64,000 nt of DNA from an uncultured Alphaproteobacteria bacterium (GTDB lineage: Bacteria > Pseudomonadota > Alphaproteobacteria > Rs-D84): the NCBI GenBank assembly GCA_947053455.1, contig CAMRSV010000004.1, positions 15,500 to 79,499 of the forward strand, written 5' to 3'. The position numbers and the translations under genes were made by a program. The notes beneath the pieces are model-generated. The model was given only the letters and a program-made list of their open reading frames with translations, did not search any database and was not told the DNA's origin. Each line of letters begins with the position of its first letter. The first letter of the stretch is position 1. Below are positions 56,630 to 64,000 of this stretch, in pieces.

Positions 56630-57792
56630 TATGCTGTATGTTGCATCATGCGTTTCGCTACCCAATTGTAATATTGATTATTTGCCGGATAACCCAATGA
56701 AAGCACATCGCCTATACGATGTTCTGGTGCTTTCTTTGGTATGGGCGTGTTGAAATATATTGTACGTGCTATGTGCAATAATTCCTCGCGCGAGGTTAGG
56801 GATAAATCAATGTTTATCATGGTGCTGTTGTTTTGCACAAATTCTATTAATTCTTCACGTGACAATGCCTCTATCTGTGACCATTCGCGTGCATATTGCG
56901 CGCGGACAATTTTCTTGGTGTCGGCGGCGAATACGTTTGATGTGTCCCATTGGTCAAACAGGTATCCAATGGTTTCCCGATTATGACCTGTATAGATATA
57001 TTTTCCGTTTTTATCTGCGATAAATTTTCCGTTTTCAATGCGTCCACGCCCCAGGAACATAATCATGTGAAATTTTGTTTTGCTGCCGCGGTATCTGGGC
57101 ACGACCAACATAGCCCCCGGTGTCAGTTGTTCCACTGAAAAATTAGATTTTGCAAATTTTGCGGCAATTTTTGTGCGGATGGAATCGGGGGTGTTGCTGT
57201 TAACATGGTGGCGTGTCATGTATTTATCCAATGCCACATTGTATGCAGAATCTGATGGGTGCATCTTTCCTTCGGCGATGGCGCCGGCATATTCCGGCGA
57301 TTTATATTTGCGACGCATTTCATATTTAAAATTCAGGCATGCCTGTCTGCCTGCGGATGGTATGATGGTGACTGTATCGCCCAATTCCTTTTGCGCCCGT
57401 GACAATTGTGTGTATTGCCCGTAAACACAGTGCAGCCCCACTGGCGCATTTGGTAATTCACGGCGCACGGCTGCATAGTATTTCCTGGTACCCAACAGTG
57501 GGTTTAGGCGTTTTAGTGCATCTAGCATATTGTCTACATACTTGGAAACTAATACATCCGCCTTGTCATCAAGATACATTTGGTTTATTTGATATTCCAA
57601 TTCGGCTTTGTATGCCCGTTCAAAACTGTTTGGCACAATGGGAACCATCGTGAAAGTGGGCGAATTTTCCAATTTTATTTCCTGGCATGACAAAGAAGTT
57701 TCCGGTGGTATGTTTTGCGAAGTGGAACTGGCTGAAACCAGCAGCAAATTACTCATACTCATTATATATGGAATAATAAATTTGTATTTCAT
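56629..57792 (-). CDS. Hypothetical protein (possible Cys/His hydrolase)
   Basis: 387-aa ORF with signal-like N-terminus; HCVYG and FHMIMFLG. Confidence 0.55.
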   Translation of the reverse strand: MKYKFIIPYIMSMSNLLLVSASSTSQNIPPETSLSCQEIKLENSPTFTMVPIVPNSFERAYKAELEYQINQMYLDDKADVLVSKYVDNMLDALKRLNPLLGTRKYYAAVRRELPNAPVGLHCVYGQYTQLSRAQKELGDTVTIIPSAGRQACLNFKYEMRRKYKSPEYAGAIAEGKMHPSDSAYNVALDKYMTRHHVNSNTPDSIRTKIAAKFAKSNFSVEQLTPGAMLVVPRYRGSKTKFHMIMFLGRGRIENGKFIADKNGKYIYTGHNRETIGYLFDQWDTSNVFAADTKKIVRAQYAREWSQIEALSREELIEFVQNNSTMINIDLSLTSREELLHIARTIYFNTPIPKKAPEHRIGDVLSLGYPANNQYYNWVAKRMMQHTA

Positions 57793-58136
57793 GTTTTAAC
57801 CCTTTGCAATCAAACAGACGCACCGGTTTATTATGATGAACCGTTGTGTCTTTTATGTTTTTGTTTTCTGATTGGTTCGCCGCGATATGGAAATTCGCGA
57901 CGTACATTCAAACATTTTGGAAATCCAAAATGCCCCGACTTGCCATTCTTTTATCAGACAGCCTGCCCCATTTGGGGAACCAAAGTTTGTATATATGTAT
58001 ATATAATTATATTTTTTGAAACTTTCAAGAAGAAAAGAACTTTTTTAATTTTTTTGTCCATCCGCCCATTTTTCGGGGAATATGATATTTTTTTCTGTTG
58101 TTATTTTTTTGCAAATGTTTTAAATTCATGGGTATT

Positions 58137-60368
58137 ATGAGCAAGGAAATTATCGAAAATATTGATTCACAGCAACTGTCCGACGCTTTGTCGGAACGTT
58201 ATTTGTCATACGCCGTCAGCACGATTGTTTCGCGTGCCCTGCCGGATGTGCGCGACGGGCTAAAGCCGGTGCATCGGCGTATTTTGTATTCCATGTTGCG
58301 TCAAAAATTGTCGCCTAATGCGGCGTTTCGTAAATGCGCAACCGTCGTAGGTGACGTTTTGGGGCACTATCATCCGCATGGGGACAGTTCGGTGTATGAT
58401 GCAATGGTTCGCCTGGCCCAGGATTTTTCCGTTCGTTACCCGCTTATCGATGGGCAGGGAAATTTTGGCAATATTGACGGCGATCCACAGGCTGCATATC
58501 GTTATACAGAATCAAAGATGACTGATGCCGCCATGCTGATTATGGAGGGATTGGACGAAAACAGTGTTGATATGATGCCGAATTTTGACGGCACCACGCT
58601 AGAACCGGTTGTCATGCCGGGGGCGTTTCCGAATCTGTTGGCAAACGGGGGAATGGGAATTGCCGTCGGTATGGCGACAAACATTCCGACTCACAACGTG
58701 GCAGAGGTTTGTGATGCGCTTGCCCTGGTGGTTGACAAGCCTGATGCCACAACCGCCCAGATTATGAAAAAAATGGTCGGACCTGATTTCCCGACTGGCG
58801 GCGTACTTATTGATAGTTTTGATACGATTGTTAAAAACTATGAAACCGGGCGCGGTGCATTTCGCATTCGTGCAAAGTGGGATGTGGAAAAACTTGACCG
58901 TGGGGCAGAGCAGGTTGTTATCACCGAAATACCGTATGGAATTATAAAATCAAAATTGGTGGAACAGATTGCGGCACTAATTGACGCGAAAAAGTTGCCA
59001 CTGGTTGAAGATATTGCCGACGAATCAACGACCGATGTGCGTATTGTTATCACGCCGAAGAACCGCAATGTCCCGGTCGACAAAATGATGGCGCATCTGT
59101 TTGCGATGACTGATTTGGAATATCGGTTCAATATGAATTTCAACGTTATTGATTCAAATGGCGCGCCGCGTGTCATGGGTATTGGGGATACGTTGCGCGA
59201 ATTTATTGCCCATCAGAAGAGTGTTTTGTTGCGTCGTACGAATTGGCGCCTTTCCAATATTGCGCGTAGATTGGAAATACTGGGTGGATTGCTGATTGTA
59301 TATTTGAATCTGGATCGTGTGATTGAGATTATTAGAAATGAAGACGATGCAAAGGCGGTTTTGGTTTCTGAATTTAATTTGACCGATGTTCAGGTAGAAG
59401 CGATTTTGAACACTCGCCTGCGTTCACTGCGCAAGTTGGAGGAAATGGAAATACGTCGCGAAGATGCCCAGCTGCATGCGGAACAAAAACAACTGCAGGA
59501 ATTGCTGGAAAGCGACCAAATGCAGTACGAGCAATTAAAGGCTTGGTTCGCGGATATAAAAAAGCGCTATGATAAAAAAACAGCATTGGGTCGTCGGCGT
59601 ACAATTTGGGCGGAACAGACAGAAGAAATTGTCATAAATGCGGACGAGTTTATTGAAAAAGAACCCTTGACTATCATATTGTCGGCAATGGGTTGGATTC
59701 GTGCGGCCAAGGGACACCTGGATTTGAATAATTTGGATTTGAAATTCAAAGAAGGGGATGAGCTGCAGACGGCATTTCATGCCATGAGCACGGACAAAAT
59801 AAATTTGTTTGGCAGTGGTGGCAAAATGTTTACATTGTCTGCAAATGAACTGCCGTCGGCGCGCGGGTTCGGTGAATCGGTGCGTATGATGGCGGACATT
59901 GCCGCAGATGAACAGATTGTGAACGCATTTGTTTTGGATATGAATGCGAAATACTTGGTTGTGGGGCGTCATGGAACAGGCTTCATTGTATCTGGCGATA
60001 ACTGCATGGCACAGACACGTACCGGAAAGCAGGTTATGAACACTGATGCGCAAAATCCGGCGATAATGTGTGTGCGTGTGTCCGGTGACATGGTGGCGAT
60101 GTCTGGCTCTAATGACAAGTTGTTAATATTTGCAACCGCTGAAATTCCAGAAATGACGCGTGGCAAGGGCGTGATATTACAAAAATATAACGCAGAACGT
60201 ACCTATGTTTTGGATGTTGCGTTCTTTGATGCGGCGGACGGTTTTGGTTGGACAACCGGGCGTGGCGTGACAAAATTAGATGATTGGCAGCCGTGGGTCG
60301 GCAAGCGCGCATCACAAGGGCGTACGATTCCGGTAGGTTTCCCACGCAGTGGAAAGTTTAATAAATAA
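58137..60368 (+). CDS. parC: DNA topoisomerase IV subunit A
   Basis: [26 protein letters not shown]; about 740 aa, no GyrA box. Confidence 0.93.
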   Translation: MSKEIIENIDSQQLSDALSERYLSYAVSTIVSRALPDVRDGLKPVHRRILYSMLRQKLSPNAAFRKCATVVGDVLGHYHPHGDSSVYDAMVRLAQDFSVRYPLIDGQGNFGNIDGDPQAAYRYTESKMTDAAMLIMEGLDENSVDMMPNFDGTTLEPVVMPGAFPNLLANGGMGIAVGMATNIPTHNVAEVCDALALVVDKPDATTAQIMKKMVGPDFPTGGVLIDSFDTIVKNYETGRGAFRIRAKWDVEKLDRGAEQVVITEIPYGIIKSKLVEQIAALIDAKKLPLVEDIADESTTDVRIVITPKNRNVPVDKMMAHLFAMTDLEYRFNMNFNVIDSNGAPRVMGIGDTLREFIAHQKSVLLRRTNWRLSNIARRLEILGGLLIVYLNLDRVIEIIRNEDDAKAVLVSEFNLTDVQVEAILNTRLRSLRKLEEMEIRREDAQLHAEQKQLQELLESDQMQYEQLKAWFADIKKRYDKKTALGRRRTIWAEQTEEIVINADEFIEKEPLTIILSAMGWIRAAKGHLDLNNLDLKFKEGDELQTAFHAMSTDKINLFGSGGKMFTLSANELPSARGFGESVRMMADIAADEQIVNAFVLDMNAKYLVVGRHGTGFIVSGDNCMAQTRTGKQVMNTDAQNPAIMCVRVSGDMVAMSGSNDKLLIFATAEIPEMTRGKGVILQKYNAERTYVLDVAFFDAADGFGWTTGRGVTKLDDWQPWVGKRASQGRTIPVGFPRSGKFNK

Positions 60369-60370
60369 TA

Positions 60371-60396
60371 AAAGCGCCCAGTTGGGCGTTTTTTTT
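60371..60396 (+). terminator. parC intrinsic terminator
   Basis: GCGCCCA-GT-TGGGCGT plus T-run. Confidence 0.75.
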
Positions 60397-60406
60397 GTGA
60401 TTTAAT

Positions 60407-60595
60407 AAAAACGCCGCCGGTTTCCCGGCGGTGTTTCCGAATGCCCAGAAAGGAAGGAAAGGAGAAAAAGAAATAGGCATTCTAAAAAGTATTTTTGAGG
60501 CCCAGAGTCCAGAGGAGAGAGAATGTAGGAGGGAGTCTGAATCCCCGGGCCCCATGGTCACTTGCGTGGCCAGTCATTGGTTGTTTCCCTTTGAC
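60407..60595 (-). ncRNA. Candidate trans-acting sRNA with C/U-rich anti-Shine-Dalgarno loops
   Basis: Own promoter, GC hairpins with CUCCCUCCU / CUCCUUUCCUUCCUUUC loops, terminator CCGCCGG-GAAA-CCGGCGG plus U-run. Confidence 0.7.
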
Positions 60596-60602
60596 GAATC
60601 GA

Positions 60603-60631
60603 AATGTAATACATTTTCTTTAATTTGTCAA
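60603..60631 (-). promoter_or_regulatory. Sigma70 promoter of the candidate sRNA
   Basis: TTGACA-17-TACATT. Confidence 0.7.
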
Positions 60632-60814
60632 GCAAATTGTCAAAAATTTTTTTAGGGATTATTAAAATATGCTGAAAGTCCTATTTTTAGGCGGATTTCT
60701 GCGGTTTTTTAGGAAATGGTACTTATTGTTAATGCAGAAAAGATGGAATAAAATCAACGACAGGTAGGATGAAAAACCGGGAAAGTCGACCCGGATAACC
60801 AGAGGAGAATAAAA

Positions 60815-61069
60815 ATGACCCATGACGATGTATGGCGTGCAATAGAGAAATTTGCCACAGAACACGGTATGTCTTGTTCTGGACTGGCAAAGTGCAGCGG
60901 ATTGGACCCAACGACCTTTAACAAAAGCAAGCGCTGGTCCAAAGAAGGTCAACCAAGATGGCCTTCGACAAACAGTATTTCAAAAATACTGTCTTCCACA
61001 GGTTCTAAAATTCAGGATTTTACTAAATTTATAGATCCTGTTGATCAAGGGTTTGACAAGGCCGCTTGA
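60815..61069 (+). CDS. Alphaproteobacterial XRE-like HTH regulator, no S24 domain (paralog 1)
   Basis: SGLAK.SGLDPTTFNKSKR...G.PRWPST.SI.K.L; GAGGAG RBS. Confidence 0.85.
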   Translation: MTHDDVWRAIEKFATEHGMSCSGLAKCSGLDPTTFNKSKRWSKEGQPRWPSTNSISKILSSTGSKIQDFTKFIDPVDQGFDKAA

Positions 61070-61157
61070 TTATATGTTTCGACACCCCGGACCACAATGC
61101 TTCCCCATTGTGGTCTTTTTTATAGACATGGGGTGCCGCATGGGCTATGTTTTATAT

Positions 61158-61577
61158 ATGTTAAAAGGTGTGCGTATTTTTTCATCTGATAATGTATGGC
61201 GGCATATTTTAAGCGGTCTGCACGCTGTATTGGTTGAAAATCCAGATAATGCCGATATAAATTTTGATGATTTGAAAATCAATGCACCACTAAATTCTTT
61301 GGAATTAAAAACGATTATCATGGATGCGCTGGATAATTCCGGTGTTATTCGTGATGTGTTCGGGAAAAATGTTCGTTTGCCTAGAACGCAAAGTCAAATT
61401 GTGGTTTGGCTGCGACGGCGGGGTGCAATGACCGGTGATGAGTTAAAACAGGCAATGGGATACGCACCAGATGCGGCAACACATACAATTGACACCGCAA
61501 TTTATCAGTTGCGCAAGACCTATGGGCGTGATTTTATAATAAATACCAACGGAGTGTACAGCCTTGGCCACATATAA
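61158..61577 (+). CDS. OmpR-type winged-helix protein
   Basis: GY......THTIDTAIYQLRK...I....G.Y.L. Confidence 0.7.
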   Translation: MLKGVRIFSSDNVWRHILSGLHAVLVENPDNADINFDDLKINAPLNSLELKTIIMDALDNSGVIRDVFGKNVRLPRTQSQIVVWLRRRGAMTGDELKQAMGYAPDAATHTIDTAIYQLRKTYGRDFIINTNGVYSLGHI

Positions 61578-62229
61578 AGTTTTGTCTTTTGATAAAATCC
61601 CAAGTACGCAGACTTGCGCGCATGAACTTATTGCGCGTGGTGACGCAGTTGACCATGTCGCAATTGTCGCCGACGCACAGTCGGCCGGGCGCGGGCGTTA
61701 TCGGCGAACATGGGTGTCGCATCACGGTAATTTATATGTCAGCTTTATTTTTGACTGTGAAGAACGTGATCCGCGTCTGTCATATTCTGTTGCCGTTGCA
61801 ATTGCGGAATCAATTGCGTCATTCGGCATGCGGCCAACAATCAAATGGCCAAATGATATTTTAATCGATGGTATGAAAATTTCCGGTACCTTGATTGAAT
61901 ATTCGGGACGTTTTGTAATTGTTGGAATCGGCATAAATATAAAATCAAATCCGACGGTTGAAAATTATAAAACAACCAAAATGGAAAACTATGTAAATGT
62001 AACGCGTAATGATTTGCTGCAGGTTTTGATGCGCAAATTAGATAAGTGGATGCATGCCGATTTCCAGATGGTGCGTTCGCGCTGGATGGATTTTGCGGCC
62101 GGATTGAATGAAAATGTAAAATATCAGGGAATGCCTGCGCAGTTGATTGAAATTAATGAGTGTGGTGCCCTTGTTTTGCGGCGTGGTACGGAATATCTGT
62201 TGGTTTATGGCGACGAAATAACAATGTAA
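61564..62229 (+). CDS. birA: Biotin--protein ligase
   Basis: STQ, Q.AGRGR..R.W.S, KWPND, KISG.L.E, GIGIN. Confidence 0.93.
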   Translation: MATYKVLSFDKIPSTQTCAHELIARGDAVDHVAIVADAQSAGRGRYRRTWVSHHGNLYVSFIFDCEERDPRLSYSVAVAIAESIASFGMRPTIKWPNDILIDGMKISGTLIEYSGRFVIVGIGINIKSNPTVENYKTTKMENYVNVTRNDLLQVLMRKLDKWMHADFQMVRSRWMDFAAGLNENVKYQGMPAQLIEINECGALVLRRGTEYLLVYGDEITM

Positions 62230-62263
62230 ATGCCGCAGTTTTCCGGGCTTAAAAAATATGTAC

Positions 62264-62375
62264 TTGACTTTTTACATGATTTATGATATTATATAAACCA
62301 TAAACAGCACAAATTGTTTTTGCCCCCAATCGGGGTGTTTTTTTACCCGTACATTATGTACGGGTTTTTATTTTT
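62264..62375 (+). promoter_or_regulatory. Sigma70 promoter followed by two tandem leader terminators
   Basis: TTGACT-17-TATTAT; GCCCC-CAATC-GGGGT plus T7; ACCCGTACA-TTA-TGTACGGGT plus T-run. Confidence 0.7.
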
Positions 62376-62386
62376 CTAGCCAAGGG

Positions 62387-62806
62387 ATGATGTACATGCA
62401 ATTGACACTGATTAAAAACCCGGACGAAAGTTTGCGTCCAATTTATGAAATTGCGCGCGTTGTATACGCACAAACAAACGCATCATCACTTGCGATGGTT
62501 GAAGCGCTTGCATCAATGATTGCAAATAATGCCCGCAAAACAAATCGAAGTGTTATAGACGTTGCACGGGATGCCGAAATTTTTGATGCGTTGAATGATT
62601 CATCTGCTTTAAATCAGAGATTGGGGGTTCCCACAAATAATCGGGGGTTTCAAATGTGTCTGCGTGTGGTGTCGCGAATGATGCGCGGAAACCTGCCGGA
62701 TTGTTGCCGTGGGGCAACGCGCTTTCATGTGTCGACGCAAATGCCGGATTGGGCACTGGCGCGCGGGTATATTGCCGATGTTGATGGACTGCTGTTTTAT
62801 TTGTAA
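62387..62806 (+). CDS. SleB-like cell wall hydrolase, degenerate
   Basis: IARVVYAQ...A.MI.N, D...GATRFH....PDW......FY; catalytic Glu position appears to be Gln. Confidence 0.6.
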   Translation: MMYMQLTLIKNPDESLRPIYEIARVVYAQTNASSLAMVEALASMIANNARKTNRSVIDVARDAEIFDALNDSSALNQRLGVPTNNRGFQMCLRVVSRMMRGNLPDCCRGATRFHVSTQMPDWALARGYIADVDGLLFYL

Positions 62807-62816
62807 TGGGGGCAAA

Positions 62817-63038
62817 ATGCGAAAAATTATAAGCGGGGGATTCTTGGCCGACAAAAAAACATATATTATGTCTGGCGTGGGAATTTTATCTGCGGTCGCC
62901 GCATATTTGGTTGGCGATACAGACGTGTTTGCAATGTTGCAGGCAATATTTACATTGGGCGGAATATATTTTCTGCGAAAATCTAGTGAAAACAAAGGAT
63001 GTGAAGATGGAAAAAATTCCAGAAAAATTTCTGAATGA
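62817..63038 (+). CDS. Holin-like small membrane protein
   Basis: KKTYI, two short TM, FLRK. Confidence 0.55.
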   Translation: MRKIISGGFLADKKTYIMSGVGILSAVAAYLVGDTDVFAMLQAIFTLGGIYFLRKSSENKGCEDGKNSRKISE

Positions 63039-63663
63039 AAATGGAACATTAAACGAAGATGCATTGATTAAATCATATCGTGAATTAGAAAAAAAGATGG
63101 GGGCAATGATTTCTGTGCCGACCGATGATTCTGATGATGCTACACGCATGCGATTTAATCGCGCAATCGGTGTGCCTGAAACCGCGGCGGATTATCCATC
63201 AAACGCACTGTTTGATGATGACCAACTGCGCGAAAAATTTCATGAAATCGGATTGACATCAACACAGGTCGAAAAAATTTATTCTATTGCCGAAGAATTT
63301 TTATCGCCGGTGTTGTCAGATTTATTTCGTATGCAAAACGAGACAGCCGCAATTGCAGAACTGGAAAAATTTTTTGGTTCGCGTGAAAAAATGAACGATG
63401 CATTACAGGCAATAAATACATTCGGTGAAAAGTTTTTACCATGTGATGCGTTCGAAGAGTTATGTGCCACAGCCCAGGGAATCCAAAGCGTCTACAAGAT
63501 GATGCAGTCAATGGAACCAAATGTCGAGACGGACAAAAGTGTGTCTGAAAATTTGACCGATGGTGATTTGCGTCGCATGATGAAAGACCCAAAATATTGG
63601 CGTGATGCGGATCCTGAATATGTTCGAAAAATAGAAAACGGTTTTAAAAAGTTGTATTCGTAG
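63007..63663 (+). CDS. T7 gp9-like capsid assembly scaffolding protein
   Basis: IPEKF...L.KSY.ELEKK N-terminus and M.DP.Y...D..Y..K.E C-terminus. Confidence 0.72.
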   Translation: MEKIPEKFLNENGTLNEDALIKSYRELEKKMGAMISVPTDDSDDATRMRFNRAIGVPETAADYPSNALFDDDQLREKFHEIGLTSTQVEKIYSIAEEFLSPVLSDLFRMQNETAAIAELEKFFGSREKMNDALQAINTFGEKFLPCDAFEELCATAQGIQSVYKMMQSMEPNVETDKSVSENLTDGDLRRMMKDPKYWRDADPEYVRKIENGFKKLYS

Positions 63664-63771
63664 AAAAAAATTGCACTTTCTTCTTTACTAATTTTTATGT
63701 TTCATATAAAATATAATTATGAACAAAAAATAATTTGTTCTATAAAGAAAATAAAAATAAGGGAGAGAAGA

Positions 63772-64000
63772 ATGGCATTCACATTCTTAAAGCCAGCCGC
63801 GAAGAAACCTGCCGCTAAAAAGCCGGCGGCAAAACCGGTTGCCAAAAAAGCTGCGCCTGCTAAAAAGCCGGCTGCGAAAAAAGTAGTTGCAAAACCGGCG
63901 GCGAAAAAAGTTGCCGCGAAACCGGTTGCAAAAAAAGTTGTTGCTAAAAAAGCTGCGCCTGCTAAAAAGCCGGCTGCGAAAAAAGTAGTTGCAAAACCGG
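63772..64000 (+). CDS. Histone H1-like Lys/Ala/Pro-rich protein (partial)
   Basis: MAFTFLKPAAKKPAAKKPAAKPVAKKAAP...; 55-bp exact repeat at 63844-63898 and 63946-64000. Confidence 0.8.
   Translation, partial: MAFTFLKPAAKKPAAKKPAAKPVAKKAAPAKKPAAKKVVAKPAAKKVAAKPVAKKVVAKKAAPAKKPAAKKVVAKP

Noticed and set aside
56611-57977. CCCCAAATGGGGCA inverted pair flanking the 387-aa gene as transposon ends
   Set aside because: Both are short self-complementary hairpins; no transposase or target duplication
60431-60655. 74-aa ORF downstream of parC
   Set aside because: No RBS, low-complexity product; the region is better explained by the minus-strand sRNA
63844-64000. Non-coding repeat array at the window end
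   Set aside because: In-frame coding repeats of the Lys/Ala/Pro-rich H1-like protein

Overview
This window looks like chromosome from a small-genome Alphaproteobacterium, probably host- or gut-associated. The gene set and the Cys-rich surface proteins resemble Rs-D84-type lineages (inference, not tested). The housekeeping flanks (1-13.3 kb and 41-64 kb) hold a U32 protein, tRNA-Thr, cvpA, sodB, ldh, alpha2-type glyQS, lgt, split nrdD plus nrdG, lptE-holA-map-radC, zapA, parC and birA. Between them lies a 27-kb tandem island at the 3' end of tRNA-Ser(UGA). Element 1 (13863-35938) encodes a large serine recombinase, DUF2924, DUF5681, TerL and a ParB-methylase, but no capsid, tail, replicase or relaxase gene is recognisable. 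Its cargo is a type I RM system with an (AG)6-switched hsdS and three intercalated candidate effectors, two glycosylase-like genes, HigBA, two Fic genes, DUF488 and DUF5131. Element 2 (35939 to about 40392) is a decayed sibling filled with peptidoglycan-toxin/immunity cassettes. Best candidates for new biology: (i) a MuF-GH108 toxin whose N-terminus mimics the C-terminal coat-binding motif of a host-encoded T7-like scaffold (63007-63663), with toxin genes and the scaffold operon sharing a promoter-terminator-ORF leader design, which suggests toxins loaded into a domesticated phage/GTA capsid; (ii) two covarying copies of a ~200-nt C4/CI-like RNA switch in front of non-phage genes; (iii) a duplicated tRNA 5' half and tandem tRNA 3'-end repeats; (iv) an sRNA rich in anti-Shine-Dalgarno motifs downstream of parC. 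All family calls come from motif recognition by eye; no searches were run.
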